Shown: positions 19,275 through 29,503 of the stretch, in pieces
Numbering within the stretch: position 1 is the first letter of the stretch
Layout of the letters: every line of letters starts with the position of its first letter
Assembly: GCA_902544525.1 (NCBI GenBank)
Contig: CACCCN010000001.1
Span: forward strand, 41,289-105,288
From: an uncultured Pelagibacteraceae bacterium
Lineage (GTDB): Bacteria > Pseudomonadota > Alphaproteobacteria > Pelagibacterales > AG-422-B15
Reading direction: 5' to 3'
DNA length: 64,000 nucleotides
Made by a program: the position numbers and the translations under genes
Notes under the pieces: generated by a model
The model's input: only the letters and a program-made list of their open reading frames with translations
Database searches by the model: none
What the model was told of the DNA's origin: nothing

Positions 19275-20311
19275 AAACCTGAGCCTACTGCTTCTGAAAT
19301 TGAATTGAAACCATCTTTTTTTGCTAATTGAACTAATTCTTTATTTATTTTATTAATTAGGTTGGGGCCTTGAAATGTAAAAGCTGAATAGAGCTGTATT
19401 AAAGACGCTCCTAACTTTATTTTTTGGTATGCCTCACCACCACTAGAAATACCACCTACGCCAATTAGAATTATTGACCCTTGAGTTTCGCGAAAGACTA
19501 GTTCAAGAATCTCGTTTGATTTTTTTAGAAGTGGTTTACCAGATAGACCGCCATCCTGTTTTCTTATTTGAGGGCTTAAATTTTGTTCGCGCTGAATAGT
19601 CGTATTAGAAATAATTAAACCTGCAATTGAATATTTACTGATTAAATTAATAATATCACTATAGTTATTTGACTCTTCGTCAGGATTAATTTTTATAAAA
19701 ATTGGTTTTTGGACTTTTTTATCTTTTAGTGACGCAACTAAGTTACTGATTAACTCTTCTAGCGCAGTTTTATCCTGCAATTTCCTCAGATTTTCAGTAT
19801 TTGGTGAGGAAATATTTACTGTTATATAGTCTGCAAAATCGTGCGCTTTATTTATTAGTATAGTGTAATCATCAATGAAATTTTTGGTGTCTTTATTAGG
19901 ACCAATGTTAATTCCAAGTGGCGAGTCGAAATCAGTTCTCTTCTGCACACCATTTAGAAAAGAATTAATCCCTTTATTATTAAATCCTAAACTATTAATT
20001 AGTGCACTTTCTTCTATGTACCTAAAAACTCTTGGTTTAGGATTTCCATACTGCGGCAATGGCGTAACTGTTCCACATTCAACAAAACCAAATCCAATTT
20101 TGAATAAGCTTTCAAATACTTCGGCATTCTTATCATAGCCTGCCGCCATACCCACTGGATTTTGAAACTTTAATCCCACTATTTCCTGTTCCAGTAATTC
20201 ATGTCTAAACTTGTTAAATAATATTGGAGCAAATTTAAGTAGCTTAATAGAAATGTCATGCGCCGTTTCTGGTTCAAACTTTCTTAATAAACTTATTAGT
20301 AAATTATCCAT
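19271..20311 (-). CDS. pyrD: Dihydroorotate dehydrogenase (quinone), class 2
   Basis: 346 aa. Motifs FQNPVGMAAGYDKN, GFGFVECGTVTP, NISSPNT and GVGGI. Confidence 0.9.
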   Translation of the reverse strand: MDNLLISLLRKFEPETAHDISIKLLKFAPILFNKFRHELLEQEIVGLKFQNPVGMAAGYDKNAEVFESLFKIGFGFVECGTVTPLPQYGNPKPRVFRYIEESALINSLGFNNKGINSFLNGVQKRTDFDSPLGINIGPNKDTKNFIDDYTILINKAHDFADYITVNISSPNTENLRKLQDKTALEELISNLVASLKDKKVQKPIFIKINPDEESNNYSDIINLISKYSIAGLIISNTTIQREQNLSPQIRKQDGGLSGKPLLKKSNEILELVFRETQGSIILIGVGGISSGGEAYQKIKLGASLIQLYSAFTFQGPNLINKINKELVQLAKKDGFNSISEAVGSGL

Positions 20312-21878
20312 GATTAGATGAAAAGTTTAAACGAGTTTCAATTAACTTAATCGTTTTATCAATTCCGTATATTGCTACAAAAGTTCCAAATCTCGGTCCA
20401 TCATCTTTTCCAAATAAAACTTGATAAATTAACTTGAACCAATCTCTAAGATTCTCAAACTTATAATCTTTTCCTATTTGATATATTTCAGTTTGAATTG
20501 TTTCTGCATCAGTTTCGTCTTTCATTAGATTCAATCTTGATATTAAATCTTTGAAGATTTTAGTTTCATCATCACTGGGTATTTTAAAATTAGATATATT
20601 TTGCGAAACATCATTATCAAAATTTTTCACACATCTAATCAACGATTCTAAAAAGACTAAATTTTGCTCTTCTATGTCGCCAACATATTTTTTAACAAAA
20701 TCTAAAATAATTGATGGGTCGTTCTCAGTACTTGCGGAAACTAAGTTTAATAGAATATTATAGCTCACTGATATATTCTGCATCGACGGTTTACCATTAA
20801 ATATATGCCAAATGGGACTATCTATTTTTTCTTTATATGTGAGTGTGTCAAATTTATTTACAAGCGATATGAACTCGTCAGTTGACTTTGGTATAACATC
20901 TAAGAAGAGTTTTTTTGCACGCCTTGGATTTTGATACATAAAATAACTCAATGTTTCTTGTGGGGCATATTTTAACCATTGCTCAATTGTAAGACCATTT
21001 CCTTTGGATTTTGATATTTTTTCACCATTTTGATCCAAAAATAATTCGTAGAAAAAGTTTTCCGGGGGATTACCTCCCAAAGCTCTACAAATTTTAGCTG
21101 ATAATTGAAAGGTTGGGATTAAATCTTTTCCGTACATTTCATAGTCAACTCCTAGCGCAATCCACCGCATTGCCCAGTCAACTTTCCATTGTAATTTACA
21201 GTGACCTCCAGTAACTGGAACCTCATAATCTTTCTCATTATATTTGTACTTAATAGATTTGTTTTCAATATTTGTTTCTAATATTTCTACCTCGAGGACT
21301 TTATGAGTGTCAGGACATATAGGTAAAAATGGACTATATGTTTTTTGTCTGTCCTCTCCTAATGTTGGTAATACAATATTTTTTATTTTGTCGTGATTTT
21401 TTAATACATTGATAAGTTGTTCATCAAAAAAACCTGATTTATATAATTCAGTTGCACTTTTAAATTCATATTTGAATTTAAACCTATCTAAGAATTCTCT
21501 TAACATAGCATTATTATGTTCACCAAAGCTTGAATGTGTTCCAAATGGATCAGGTATTGAAGTTAGTGGTTTATTTAAGTTTTCCTCTAAGGGTTTTGTA
21601 TTAGGTATATTGTCTGGAACTTTCCTAAGACCATCTAAATCATCTGAAAAAGTTAAAAGATTAATTTTTAAATCAGTAAAGTTTTTTAAAGCATTATAAA
21701 TCATTGTTGTTCTTGCAACTTCTCCAAAAGTCCCAATATGGGGTAACCCACTTGGACCATAGCCCGTCTGTAAATTGATTTCTGTATTGCCCTGCTTTAC
21801 TGCTCGATCTAAGATTTTTTTTGCCTCAATAATTGGCCAGGCCTTGGACTCAATTGCTGTTTCTTTAAAATTATCCAT
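20304..21878 (-). CDS. lysK: Lysine--tRNA ligase, class I
   Basis: 524 aa. Class I LysRS N-terminus TGYGPSGLPHIGTFGEVART (HIGH-like) and a KISKSKGNG (KMSKS) loop. Confidence 0.9.
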   Translation of the reverse strand: MDNFKETAIESKAWPIIEAKKILDRAVKQGNTEINLQTGYGPSGLPHIGTFGEVARTTMIYNALKNFTDLKINLLTFSDDLDGLRKVPDNIPNTKPLEENLNKPLTSIPDPFGTHSSFGEHNNAMLREFLDRFKFKYEFKSATELYKSGFFDEQLINVLKNHDKIKNIVLPTLGEDRQKTYSPFLPICPDTHKVLEVEILETNIENKSIKYKYNEKDYEVPVTGGHCKLQWKVDWAMRWIALGVDYEMYGKDLIPTFQLSAKICRALGGNPPENFFYELFLDQNGEKISKSKGNGLTIEQWLKYAPQETLSYFMYQNPRRAKKLFLDVIPKSTDEFISLVNKFDTLTYKEKIDSPIWHIFNGKPSMQNISVSYNILLNLVSASTENDPSIILDFVKKYVGDIEEQNLVFLESLIRCVKNFDNDVSQNISNFKIPSDDETKIFKDLISRLNLMKDETDAETIQTEIYQIGKDYKFENLRDWFKLIYQVLFGKDDGPRFGTFVAIYGIDKTIKLIETRLNFSSNHG

Positions 21879-22015
21879 TAAGTGAAATATATATTTTTTA
21901 GATAGTATATGTATAATTAATGTACCATAAAAAATACCTAAAAGACAAACACAGTGAATGAAAATTTTATTTATATACTAGTTGACTAATAAATATTCTG
22001 TTAGAATTTCGTAAT

Positions 22016-22408
22016 ATGTATAAACAAGTTAGTAATTCTATAGAAATTTCTGTTACTCCAGAATACTTGGCTGAACAATCAATTCCTGAAGAATATTATC
22101 ATGTTTGGGCATATCACGTTACAATTGAAAACTTAGGTGTAAAACCCGTTACCTTAAAAAGCAGATATTGGGAAATTATAGATTCCAATGGAAAAAAGCA
22201 GGAGGTAGAGGGCATGGGTGTAATTGGTAAACAGCCTACAATTAAACCAGGTGACAGATTTACGTATACAAGTGGCACACCCCTCAACTCGACTAGTGGT
22301 ATTATGAGTGGGAGCTACAAGATGGAGTCAGAAGATGGAAACCAATTTTTAGCCAAAATACCATCTTTTTCATTAGATTTACCTTTACCTACTAAAAAAC
22401 TGAATTAA
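22016..22408 (+). CDS. apaG: ApaG (DUF525) protein
   Basis: 130 aa. The sequence [27 protein letters not shown]...[13 protein letters not shown] matches the ApaG pattern. Confidence 0.85.
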   Translation: MYKQVSNSIEISVTPEYLAEQSIPEEYYHVWAYHVTIENLGVKPVTLKSRYWEIIDSNGKKQEVEGMGVIGKQPTIKPGDRFTYTSGTPLNSTSGIMSGSYKMESEDGNQFLAKIPSFSLDLPLPTKKLN

Positions 22409-22458
22409 ATACATATTTATCTTATATAAAATCATCTTTTGATGTAGAAAGCCGTCTT

Positions 22459-23085
22459 ATGAAAAAGAAAAATAAAACTATTAAAAAGAAAAAAATAATT
22501 CAAAAGCCATCTGAAGCTGAGGCTATGAAAGCTGTTAGAACTTTGATTACTTTTGCTGGTGAAAATCCTGACAGAGAAGGACTACTGGATACACCAAAGA
22601 GAGTTGTAAAGGCATACAAGGATTGGTTTTCTGGTTATGATCTAGATCCAAAAGATTATTTGGGCACAACTTTTTCTGAAACTGGCGGCTATGACGAAAT
22701 TGTAATGTTGAAAGATGTAAGAATTGAATCTCACTGTGAACATCATATAGCTCCTTTTATAGGTACAGCTCATATTGCATATTTACCAAATAAAAGAGTT
22801 GTTGGTATTAGCAAGCTTGCAAGAGTAGCCAATATCTTTGCCAAGAGAATGCAAGTTCAAGAGAAGCTTACCGCACAAATTGCCAATTGCTTACAGGATG
22901 TACTTAAGCCACGAGGTGTTGCAGTAGTAATTGAGGCCCAACATGAATGTATGACTACAAGGGGCGTCCACGAACCAGGAATTTCAATGGTCACAAGTCA
23001 ATTATTAGGTAAGTTTAGAACTGATGCTTCAACTAGAAGCGAGTTTTTCAGTATGATCGGACAAGGAATACTCAAAAAGGCATAA
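22459..23085 (+). CDS. folE: GTP cyclohydrolase I
   Basis: Motifs [20 protein letters not shown] and QVQEKLT. Confidence 0.9.
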   Translation: MKKKNKTIKKKKIIQKPSEAEAMKAVRTLITFAGENPDREGLLDTPKRVVKAYKDWFSGYDLDPKDYLGTTFSETGGYDEIVMLKDVRIESHCEHHIAPFIGTAHIAYLPNKRVVGISKLARVANIFAKRMQVQEKLTAQIANCLQDVLKPRGVAVVIEAQHECMTTRGVHEPGISMVTSQLLGKFRTDASTRSEFFSMIGQGILKKA

Positions 23086-23100
23086 ATAGCCTAATGAATA

Positions 23101-24555
23101 ATGTTTAACTTTAAATTAATACTAAACGTATTAGGTACCCTGCTTATTGCATTAAGTATTTTAATGTTAATACCTATGTTAACTGATTTAATAAAATCAA
23201 ATCAAACTTGGGTCTCTTTCTTTATAGCTTCACTCTTTTGCTTAGGTTTCGGTATTTCTTTATTTCTATCTACAAGAGGTGATAGTGAAGGTAACAAACT
23301 CACAACTAAAGATGCTTTTCTCTTAACTACTGGTTCGTGGGTTGTTATTGCTCTTTTTGGCGCTTTACCATTTTATATTTCAGATTTTGAATTTTCATTT
23401 ACTGATGCAATTTTTGAGTCGATGTCAGGAGTAACCACAACTGGCTCAACAATCATTACTAATATTGAGGATATGAGTGCAGGTATTTTATTATGGAGAT
23501 CTTTACTACAATGGCTTGGAGGTATTGGTATAATTGTAATGGCAATTAGTATCTTGCCAGTTTTACAAGTTGGTGGAATGCAAGTATTTAGAACAGAGTC
23601 ATCTGATACGAGTGATAAGATATTGCCAAGAACTGCTCAGGTAGCTTCTGCAGTGTTAAGTATATACATTGTGCTTACTTCCTTGTGTGCACTTGGATAC
23701 TGGGTTTTTGGAATGCAAATTTTTGATGCTGTGAATCACAGTATGACAACTATTGCAACTGGTGGATTTTCAACAAAATCAGAATCAATTGGTGCGTTCA
23801 ATAGTTCTGGAATTGATTACGTCTCATCAATTTTTATGATATTAGCTAGTCTACCAATACTCGTTTATCTTCAAATATATAGAGGTAAAATTACTGATTT
23901 TTTTAAAGATCAACAAATAATCACTTTTGTCTTAATAATTTTTTTAAGTTGTACTGCTGTAATAGTTTATTTGTGGTTTTATAATATTAAGGAACCAGCT
24001 GAAGCAATTAGACACGGTTTATTTAATGTAACCTCAATAATTACCGGCACAGGATACACTACAGATAACTACAATCTATGGGGAGCTTTTCCAATCTATC
24101 TTTTATTTTTTGGCATGTTTATAGGTGGTTGTGCTGGCTCCACTACATGTGGCATAAAAGTTTTCAGATTTCAAATTTTATTTGAAACAACTAGAAATCA
24201 AATTAAAAAAGTGCTTCACCCTCATGGAGTTTTTATTCCACATTATAATAATAAGAAACTTTCTGATGATGTTGTAACATCCGTAATGAGCTTCTTTTTT
24301 GTTTTTATTCTTAGTTTCATAGTAATTACACTATTACTATCAACAACTCAGTTGGATTTTATTACATCATTATCAGCTGCTGCAACGTCTTTAGCAAATG
24401 TGGGTCCTGGACTTGGCTCAACCATTGGGCCAGAAGGAAATTTTAATGGGATTCCTCTAGGGGCAAAATGGGTTCTTATCACAGCAATGTTAATTGGCAG
24501 ACTAGAGCTTTTCACTGTTTTAGTTTTGATAATGCCGCAATTTTGGAAAAAATAA
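23101..24555 (+). CDS. trkH: TrkH-family potassium uptake protein
   Basis: 484 aa polytopic protein. Repeated selectivity-filter-like MSGVTTTGST, IATGGFST and ITGTGYTT segments. Confidence 0.9.
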   Translation: MFNFKLILNVLGTLLIALSILMLIPMLTDLIKSNQTWVSFFIASLFCLGFGISLFLSTRGDSEGNKLTTKDAFLLTTGSWVVIALFGALPFYISDFEFSFTDAIFESMSGVTTTGSTIITNIEDMSAGILLWRSLLQWLGGIGIIVMAISILPVLQVGGMQVFRTESSDTSDKILPRTAQVASAVLSIYIVLTSLCALGYWVFGMQIFDAVNHSMTTIATGGFSTKSESIGAFNSSGIDYVSSIFMILASLPILVYLQIYRGKITDFFKDQQIITFVLIIFLSCTAVIVYLWFYNIKEPAEAIRHGLFNVTSIITGTGYTTDNYNLWGAFPIYLLFFGMFIGGCAGSTTCGIKVFRFQILFETTRNQIKKVLHPHGVFIPHYNNKKLSDDVVTSVMSFFFVFILSFIVITLLLSTTQLDFITSLSAAATSLANVGPGLGSTIGPEGNFNGIPLGAKWVLITAMLIGRLELFTVLVLIMPQFWKK

Positions 24556-25461
24556 TTATCCCAAGAGGTGAAGTAATAATTCTTTTTGAACATGTAAACG
24601 GTTTTGGGCCTCTTGCCACACATATGACTGCTCTCCATCAATAACTTGCGCAGACACCTCCTGTGATCTATTTGCCGGCAAACAATGCAAAAAAATACTA
24701 TCTTTTTTAGCTATTGACATCATATTTTGATCAATAGAATATTTGGCAAGCATTTCAATTTTTGTACTATCTTCGATGTCTCCCATTGAAAACCATGTGT
24801 CTGTATACATTACATCAGTCGCTTCAACTTTTTTAAAATCTAATTCATTCAGGCTAATATTATCAAAGCAGATTTTTTTATTCATATCACTTAACTTCTG
24901 CGAATAGATGTCTTGATAATATTGTGGACAATGTAAGGTTAATGTAAAACCTAAGTCATTATTTGCTGCTTCGATTAGCGAATGGGCTACATTACTTATA
25001 GGTCCAAACCATGAAATATTAACTCCCTCAAGTGACCCCTTTAATTCGATGATAGTCATTAGCGTTGCAAGTGTTTGACAAGGATGGGACAAGTCAGATA
25101 ATCCATTGATAATAGGTACACCAGAGTACTTTGCTAAGTTTTCTAAGGTTTGATGACTATTAGATCTCATCATTATAATATCTGCATACTGAGATAGCGT
25201 TTGGGCTGTATCTGCTAAAGTTTCTCTTTTCCCTAAATGAAGTTGATCTTTATCAAGCATAATTGACAAGCCGCCTAATTGCTTTATTGCTAATTCAAAA
25301 GAAATTCGAGTTCGTGTTGAATTTTTTTCAAATATCATTGCCAAGGTTTTATTTTGTGCATCACTTGATTGTCTTTTATTGTTTTTTTTATCAATCGCAG
25401 ATGAAATAATTTTAATACATTCCTCGTTTGAAAAGTCAGATATATTTAGAAAATTTTTCAT
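24556..25461 (-). CDS. argF: Ornithine carbamoyltransferase
   Basis: Carbamoyl-phosphate motif NSTRTRISFE, plus HPCQ and HCLPA. Confidence 0.9.
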   Translation of the reverse strand: MKNFLNISDFSNEECIKIISSAIDKKNNKRQSSDAQNKTLAMIFEKNSTRTRISFELAIKQLGGLSIMLDKDQLHLGKRETLADTAQTLSQYADIIMMRSNSHQTLENLAKYSGVPIINGLSDLSHPCQTLATLMTIIELKGSLEGVNISWFGPISNVAHSLIEAANNDLGFTLTLHCPQYYQDIYSQKLSDMNKKICFDNISLNELDFKKVEATDVMYTDTWFSMGDIEDSTKIEMLAKYSIDQNMMSIAKKDSIFLHCLPANRSQEVSAQVIDGEQSYVWQEAQNRLHVQKELLLHLLG

Positions 25462-25463
25462 GA

Positions 25464-26630
25464 TTAAAAACCTAAACTACAGACATTTTCAATTTTTTTT
25501 AGAGCTTCATCACACTCATTAATCGATACAGTTAGTGGAGGTAATAATCTTACAACGTTATTACCAGCCTTAATGCTTAACATTTTTTGTTTTCTTAGCT
25601 CTTCAACAAAAGTAATATTATCTTTGTAACATTTAAGACCGAGAATAAGTCCTTTTCCTCTTATCTCACTGATAGACTTTGGGTATTTCAATGAAATTTC
25701 TCTTAATCCTTCAATTAGATATGTAGATACTTTTTCTAAATTAGACCTAAAGTTATCTTTTTGCATTAAATCTAAGACAGCATTTCCAACAGCAACAGCT
25801 AACGGGTTACCCCCATATGTTGAGCCATGTGTCCCATGACCCATTACATCACCAATTTTTTTGGAGGTCATAGTAGCGCCTAAAGGAAACCCATTAGCAA
25901 TAGCTTTGGCTGTTGTCATTATATCAGGTTCAACACCAGACCATTGATATGCAAACATTTTACCAGATCTATAAAAACCACACTGAACCTCATCAAAAAT
26001 TAAAAGGATATTATTATCGTCACAAAGTCGTCTCAACCCTTCTAAACATTCCTTTGGTAAAGAGGAAACTCCACCCTCACCTTGAATTGGTTCAACAAGA
26101 ATTGCAGCAGTTTTATCTGAAATGGATTTTTTCAATGCATCATGGTCACCAAATTTTAATTGTTTAAATCCAGGCATTTCAGTATTAAATCCTTCTAACT
26201 TATCTGAGCCCCCCGCCGCTAAAGCACCTAAAGTTCGACCGTGAAAAGATCCTGAAAAAGTTATTATTTCATTTTTTTGTTTAGAGTCTTCAGTGATATA
26301 AAAATACCTTCTAGCTATTTTAATTGCAGCCTCAATTGACTCGGCGCCAGAGTTACAAAAAAATACATAATCTGCGAAGCAGTTTTCACATAGTCTTTTA
26401 GCAAGCCTTTCTTGTTCCGGTATCTGGTATACATTTGAAACATGCCAAAGTTTATTGGCTTGCTCCATCAATTTTTCATTTAAGTATTCATTGCCGTAAC
26501 CAAGAGAATTAACGGCTATACCAGAACCAAAATCTAAATATTGGTCACCGCTAGATTCATATAAATAACTTCCTTGACCATATTCAAAAGTTAAATTTGA
26601 TCTTGGGTATGTTGGCAAAACATTAGACAT
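25464..26630 (-). CDS. argD: Acetylornithine aminotransferase (class III PLP aminotransferase)
   Basis: 388 aa. Motifs FFCNSGAESIEAAIK, DEVQCGFYRSG and TTAKAIANG (PLP lysine). Adjacent to argF. Confidence 0.9.
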   Translation of the reverse strand: MSNVLPTYPRSNLTFEYGQGSYLYESSGDQYLDFGSGIAVNSLGYGNEYLNEKLMEQANKLWHVSNVYQIPEQERLAKRLCENCFADYVFFCNSGAESIEAAIKIARRYFYITEDSKQKNEIITFSGSFHGRTLGALAAGGSDKLEGFNTEMPGFKQLKFGDHDALKKSISDKTAAILVEPIQGEGGVSSLPKECLEGLRRLCDDNNILLIFDEVQCGFYRSGKMFAYQWSGVEPDIMTTAKAIANGFPLGATMTSKKIGDVMGHGTHGSTYGGNPLAVAVGNAVLDLMQKDNFRSNLEKVSTYLIEGLREISLKYPKSISEIRGKGLILGLKCYKDNITFVEELRKQKMLSIKAGNNVVRLLPPLTVSINECDEALKKIENVCSLGF

Positions 26631-26891
26631 AAAAAAAATAGTTTTTAATTAAAAAAATAATAACAAACTCAAAAAAAATAATGTTTAGTGGAAATATAAT
26701 AAAAGTCATTAATAATTTAATTTCAGTAATTATGTTAGGTCTTTGAATTATATAGAAAAATAATACTGATTATTAATACCAAAAAAATATCAACATATAG
26801 TTATTAAGTATTGAATAATAACTAAATATGGTGCTAAAATCTTTCAGTATTAAGGAAAATTAGCATTTTTTAACTTATAAAGGTCAAACAC

Positions 26892-27344
26892 ATGTCTTGG
26901 ACTCACGAAAGAATAGAACAATTAAAAAAACTTTGGGAAGCAGGGTATACAGCCAGCAATATTGCTACCGAACTTGGTGGGATAACCAGAAATGCAGTAA
27001 TCGGTAAGGCGCATCGTCTCGGGCTTTCAGGAAGAATGAAATCTAAAAGTAAGGTTTCTTCAGTATCTATTGTGAGAAAAAGAAAGATGCCAGTTAATAA
27101 AAACTCCAAAATAATTGAGCTGACTACCTCAGTTGAACCTATGAATCCAACATCATTTGCAGATATAAAAGATGGCTTATGTAGATGGCCATTAGGTGAA
27201 CCAGAAGATTTAGACTTTAAATTTTGTGGCAGAAAATGTGCCGAAGGTATAATTTATTGTACTGAGCATCATTCTCTTGCTTATCAGCCATTAAACCAAA
27301 CAAGACAAAAACGAGCTTCAAGAAAAAGATTTAAAATAGGCTAA
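26892..27344 (+). CDS. gcrA: GcrA cell-cycle regulator
   Basis: The N-terminus MSWTHERIEQLKKLWEAGYTASNIATELGGITRNAVIGKAHRLGLSGR is the GcrA signature. A conserved C-terminal CRWPLGEP...FCG segment is also present. Confidence 0.85.
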   Translation: MSWTHERIEQLKKLWEAGYTASNIATELGGITRNAVIGKAHRLGLSGRMKSKSKVSSVSIVRKRKMPVNKNSKIIELTTSVEPMNPTSFADIKDGLCRWPLGEPEDLDFKFCGRKCAEGIIYCTEHHSLAYQPLNQTRQKRASRKRFKIG

Positions 27345-27444
27345 ATTAAAATAAGCCGATAACAAAGCTAAGGCTTAGAGCAAATATTATCAAAAGTAAA
27401 ATAACAAGTATAACTCCATTTTGTAAACTCATAAGCAGTTCTCA

Positions 27445-28518
27445 CTAGTTAGGCAAAATTGCCTCTTCTTTGTTTATTTTATCATAAACTTCTTCAATTG
27501 TTTTTTCAATTCTAACGTATCTTTCGCTAGTCGATGGATGTGTGCCGCCCTTAGAGTAAATTGAACTTGGAACTTCAACTGCAAATCTTCTCCAAAAATT
27601 TGCTGCGTCGTCAATTTCGTAACCTGACAATGCTAAAGCATAAATACTTAAGTAATCAGCCTCATTTTCGTAATCAATAGAATAAGACATCGCACCCATA
27701 TTTGCGCCCATATTCATAAAATCTGTTTGAACCCCCTGTGATCTTGCTAGAATATCTAACAGTAGACCAATACCTGCACCCGCTTGCATATTAGTCTTCT
27801 TATCATCAATATGATGGTAGGCATTATGTGCCAATTCATGTGCAAAAACTAGAGGTATTCCAATTTCATCTTGAGCAAGCCATTTAGCCATTCGCAAAGA
27901 TAAAGCTATAAAGTTTCCATCAGCAAATGCATTAAAAGTATTGTTATCTAAATCAACAAAAAAACCAAACCTGCATTGCTTTTGTGCTTTAACATTAATC
28001 AATATTTCTTGGTCATTTCTTTTTACTAAAATTTGGTGTGTTTTAGTTTTACTGTCTCGTATCTTTTTATAAAACTCAGAAGTTGCGTTAACACCATATG
28101 GTGCAGTTTGATCATTAATTTTAATAATTTTATCACCACGATTTAGTCCAGCATTCCGTGCAGGAGTATTTATACCAGTAGCAACAATTGTTATATCGTC
28201 GGTTAAAAATAATGATTTTGTTAATTCACTTCTTATTTGTTCTGGACCATCGTAACGTGTTGCTATATCAACTCCGATACCATAAATTTGATCTTCTTCT
28301 CTACAAAGCTCAACCGCGTTAAAAAGTATATTTAAACCAACTTCAGATACATTTAAATAAGCCTTCAACCAACTATCAGCAAATAATTGATTTTGTATTT
28401 TTTGTTCTTCTATTGAAAGTTCTTGATTATATGTAGGAAGAGTGCCCTGTGGTTGAGCACAGCTGACAATAATGAAGGTAGAAATTAATAAAAATATTTG
28501 AATTCTTATCTTAACCAT
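27445..28518 (-). CDS. M48-family zinc metallopeptidase lipoprotein with PDZ-like insert
   Basis: Lipobox IVSCAQ, HELAHNAYHH (HExxH), a PDZ-like GLNRGDKIIKIND segment, and a downstream GTHPSTSER motif. Confidence 0.7.
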   Translation of the reverse strand: MVKIRIQIFLLISTFIIVSCAQPQGTLPTYNQELSIEEQKIQNQLFADSWLKAYLNVSEVGLNILFNAVELCREEDQIYGIGVDIATRYDGPEQIRSELTKSLFLTDDITIVATGINTPARNAGLNRGDKIIKINDQTAPYGVNATSEFYKKIRDSKTKTHQILVKRNDQEILINVKAQKQCRFGFFVDLDNNTFNAFADGNFIALSLRMAKWLAQDEIGIPLVFAHELAHNAYHHIDDKKTNMQAGAGIGLLLDILARSQGVQTDFMNMGANMGAMSYSIDYENEADYLSIYALALSGYEIDDAANFWRRFAVEVPSSIYSKGGTHPSTSERYVRIEKTIEEVYDKINKEEAILPN

Positions 28519-29371
28519 CTGTCTTTTTTAACATATAGATCGAATGAATAAAAATAATAATTATTATACAAATTGCTCCTATAATTGTATTGAGACTCGG
28601 AGTTTCACTAATGAAATACCATACTATTATAGGCCCTAACGCAGTTTCTAATAAGAAAAACAAACCTACCTGTGATGCAGAAATAAATCTTGGTGCAAAC
28701 GTGATAAAAATAAATGATATACCCACTGTGAAAATCATTAATAGAATAAAAGATAGGTCATAAGTACTAATTACAAAACTACTCACAACAAATGACGAAA
28801 TTAAAGCTGTAAGGAGCTTTCCCATTACATATGAGGGTATAAAATTTTTTTCACTTGAAGATCTAATAACCACAAGACTACTCGCAACAGAAATTGCGGC
28901 CAAAATTCCATAAAAGTCGCCTAATAATCTTCCTGAACCAATTGAATCATAAAATATAAAAACTACGGCAATAAAACAGAGTAAAATCGCTAATGTGGTA
29001 TATAAATCTAACTTTTCGGCTAGAGCAAAAAAAGAGATTATTGCAGCAATTAGAGGCACTAAACTGATCATTACTAGCGCATTGGCGACGTTCGTGTTTT
29101 GTAAAGCCAAGATAAAAAAGATGTTGCCACTGACAATAAATAGTGAGTTTATCAAGCCACGACTTCCAGCGTTAAAGAAAAAGTTAATAAAGTTTTTTCT
29201 TACATAAATAGCTGAAAGAATAAATAAAAATAATCCAGGAACTAAACTTCTATAAAATAGTAAACTCCAGGTGTCTAAAGTTATTAGTCTTATAAGAAGA
29301 CTGTCGGGTGTTAAAAGCATAACACCAGCGAATGCAAGGAGTATGCCTTTCTGGTTATTAGTTAATGTCAT
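28511..29371 (-). CDS. DMT superfamily (EamA-like) transporter
   Basis: 286 aa with 10 hydrophobic helices in a two-repeat organisation. Confidence 0.75.
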   Translation of the reverse strand: MTLTNNQKGILLAFAGVMLLTPDSLLIRLITLDTWSLLFYRSLVPGLFLFILSAIYVRKNFINFFFNAGSRGLINSLFIVSGNIFFILALQNTNVANALVMISLVPLIAAIISFFALAEKLDLYTTLAILLCFIAVVFIFYDSIGSGRLLGDFYGILAAISVASSLVVIRSSSEKNFIPSYVMGKLLTALISSFVVSSFVISTYDLSFILLMIFTVGISFIFITFAPRFISASQVGLFFLLETALGPIIVWYFISETPSLNTIIGAICIIIIIFIHSIYMLKKTDG

Positions 29372-29395
29372 ATAAATTTTTTACTTATTAAATAT

Positions 29396-29472
29396 TGGTG
29401 CGCCGGAAGAGATTCGAACTCCTGACCCCCAGATTCGTAGTCTGGTGCTCTATCCAGCTGAGCCACCGGCGC
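29396..29472 (-). tRNA. tRNA-Arg (anticodon ACG), CCA encoded
   Basis: The reverse complement gcgccgg-tg-gctc-agctggat-agagc-a-ccaga-ctACGaa-tctgg-gggtc-aggag-ttcgaat-ctctt-ccggcgc-acca folds as a canonical 77-nt cloverleaf. Confidence 0.9.
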
Positions 29473-29503
29473 ACATAGAGTTGATTAACTTACTTTATAG
29501 TAT

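Noticed and set aside
24348-24641. 97-aa minus-strand ORF spanning the trkH/argF junction
   Set aside because: It overlaps two well-supported genes, and argF already accounts for the minus strand from 24556. No motif.
29372-29503. tRNA-Arg as a possible integration hotspot
   Set aside because: No integrase, no duplicated tRNA 3' end, and no foreign-looking genes on either side. The flanks are ordinary membrane-protein genes.
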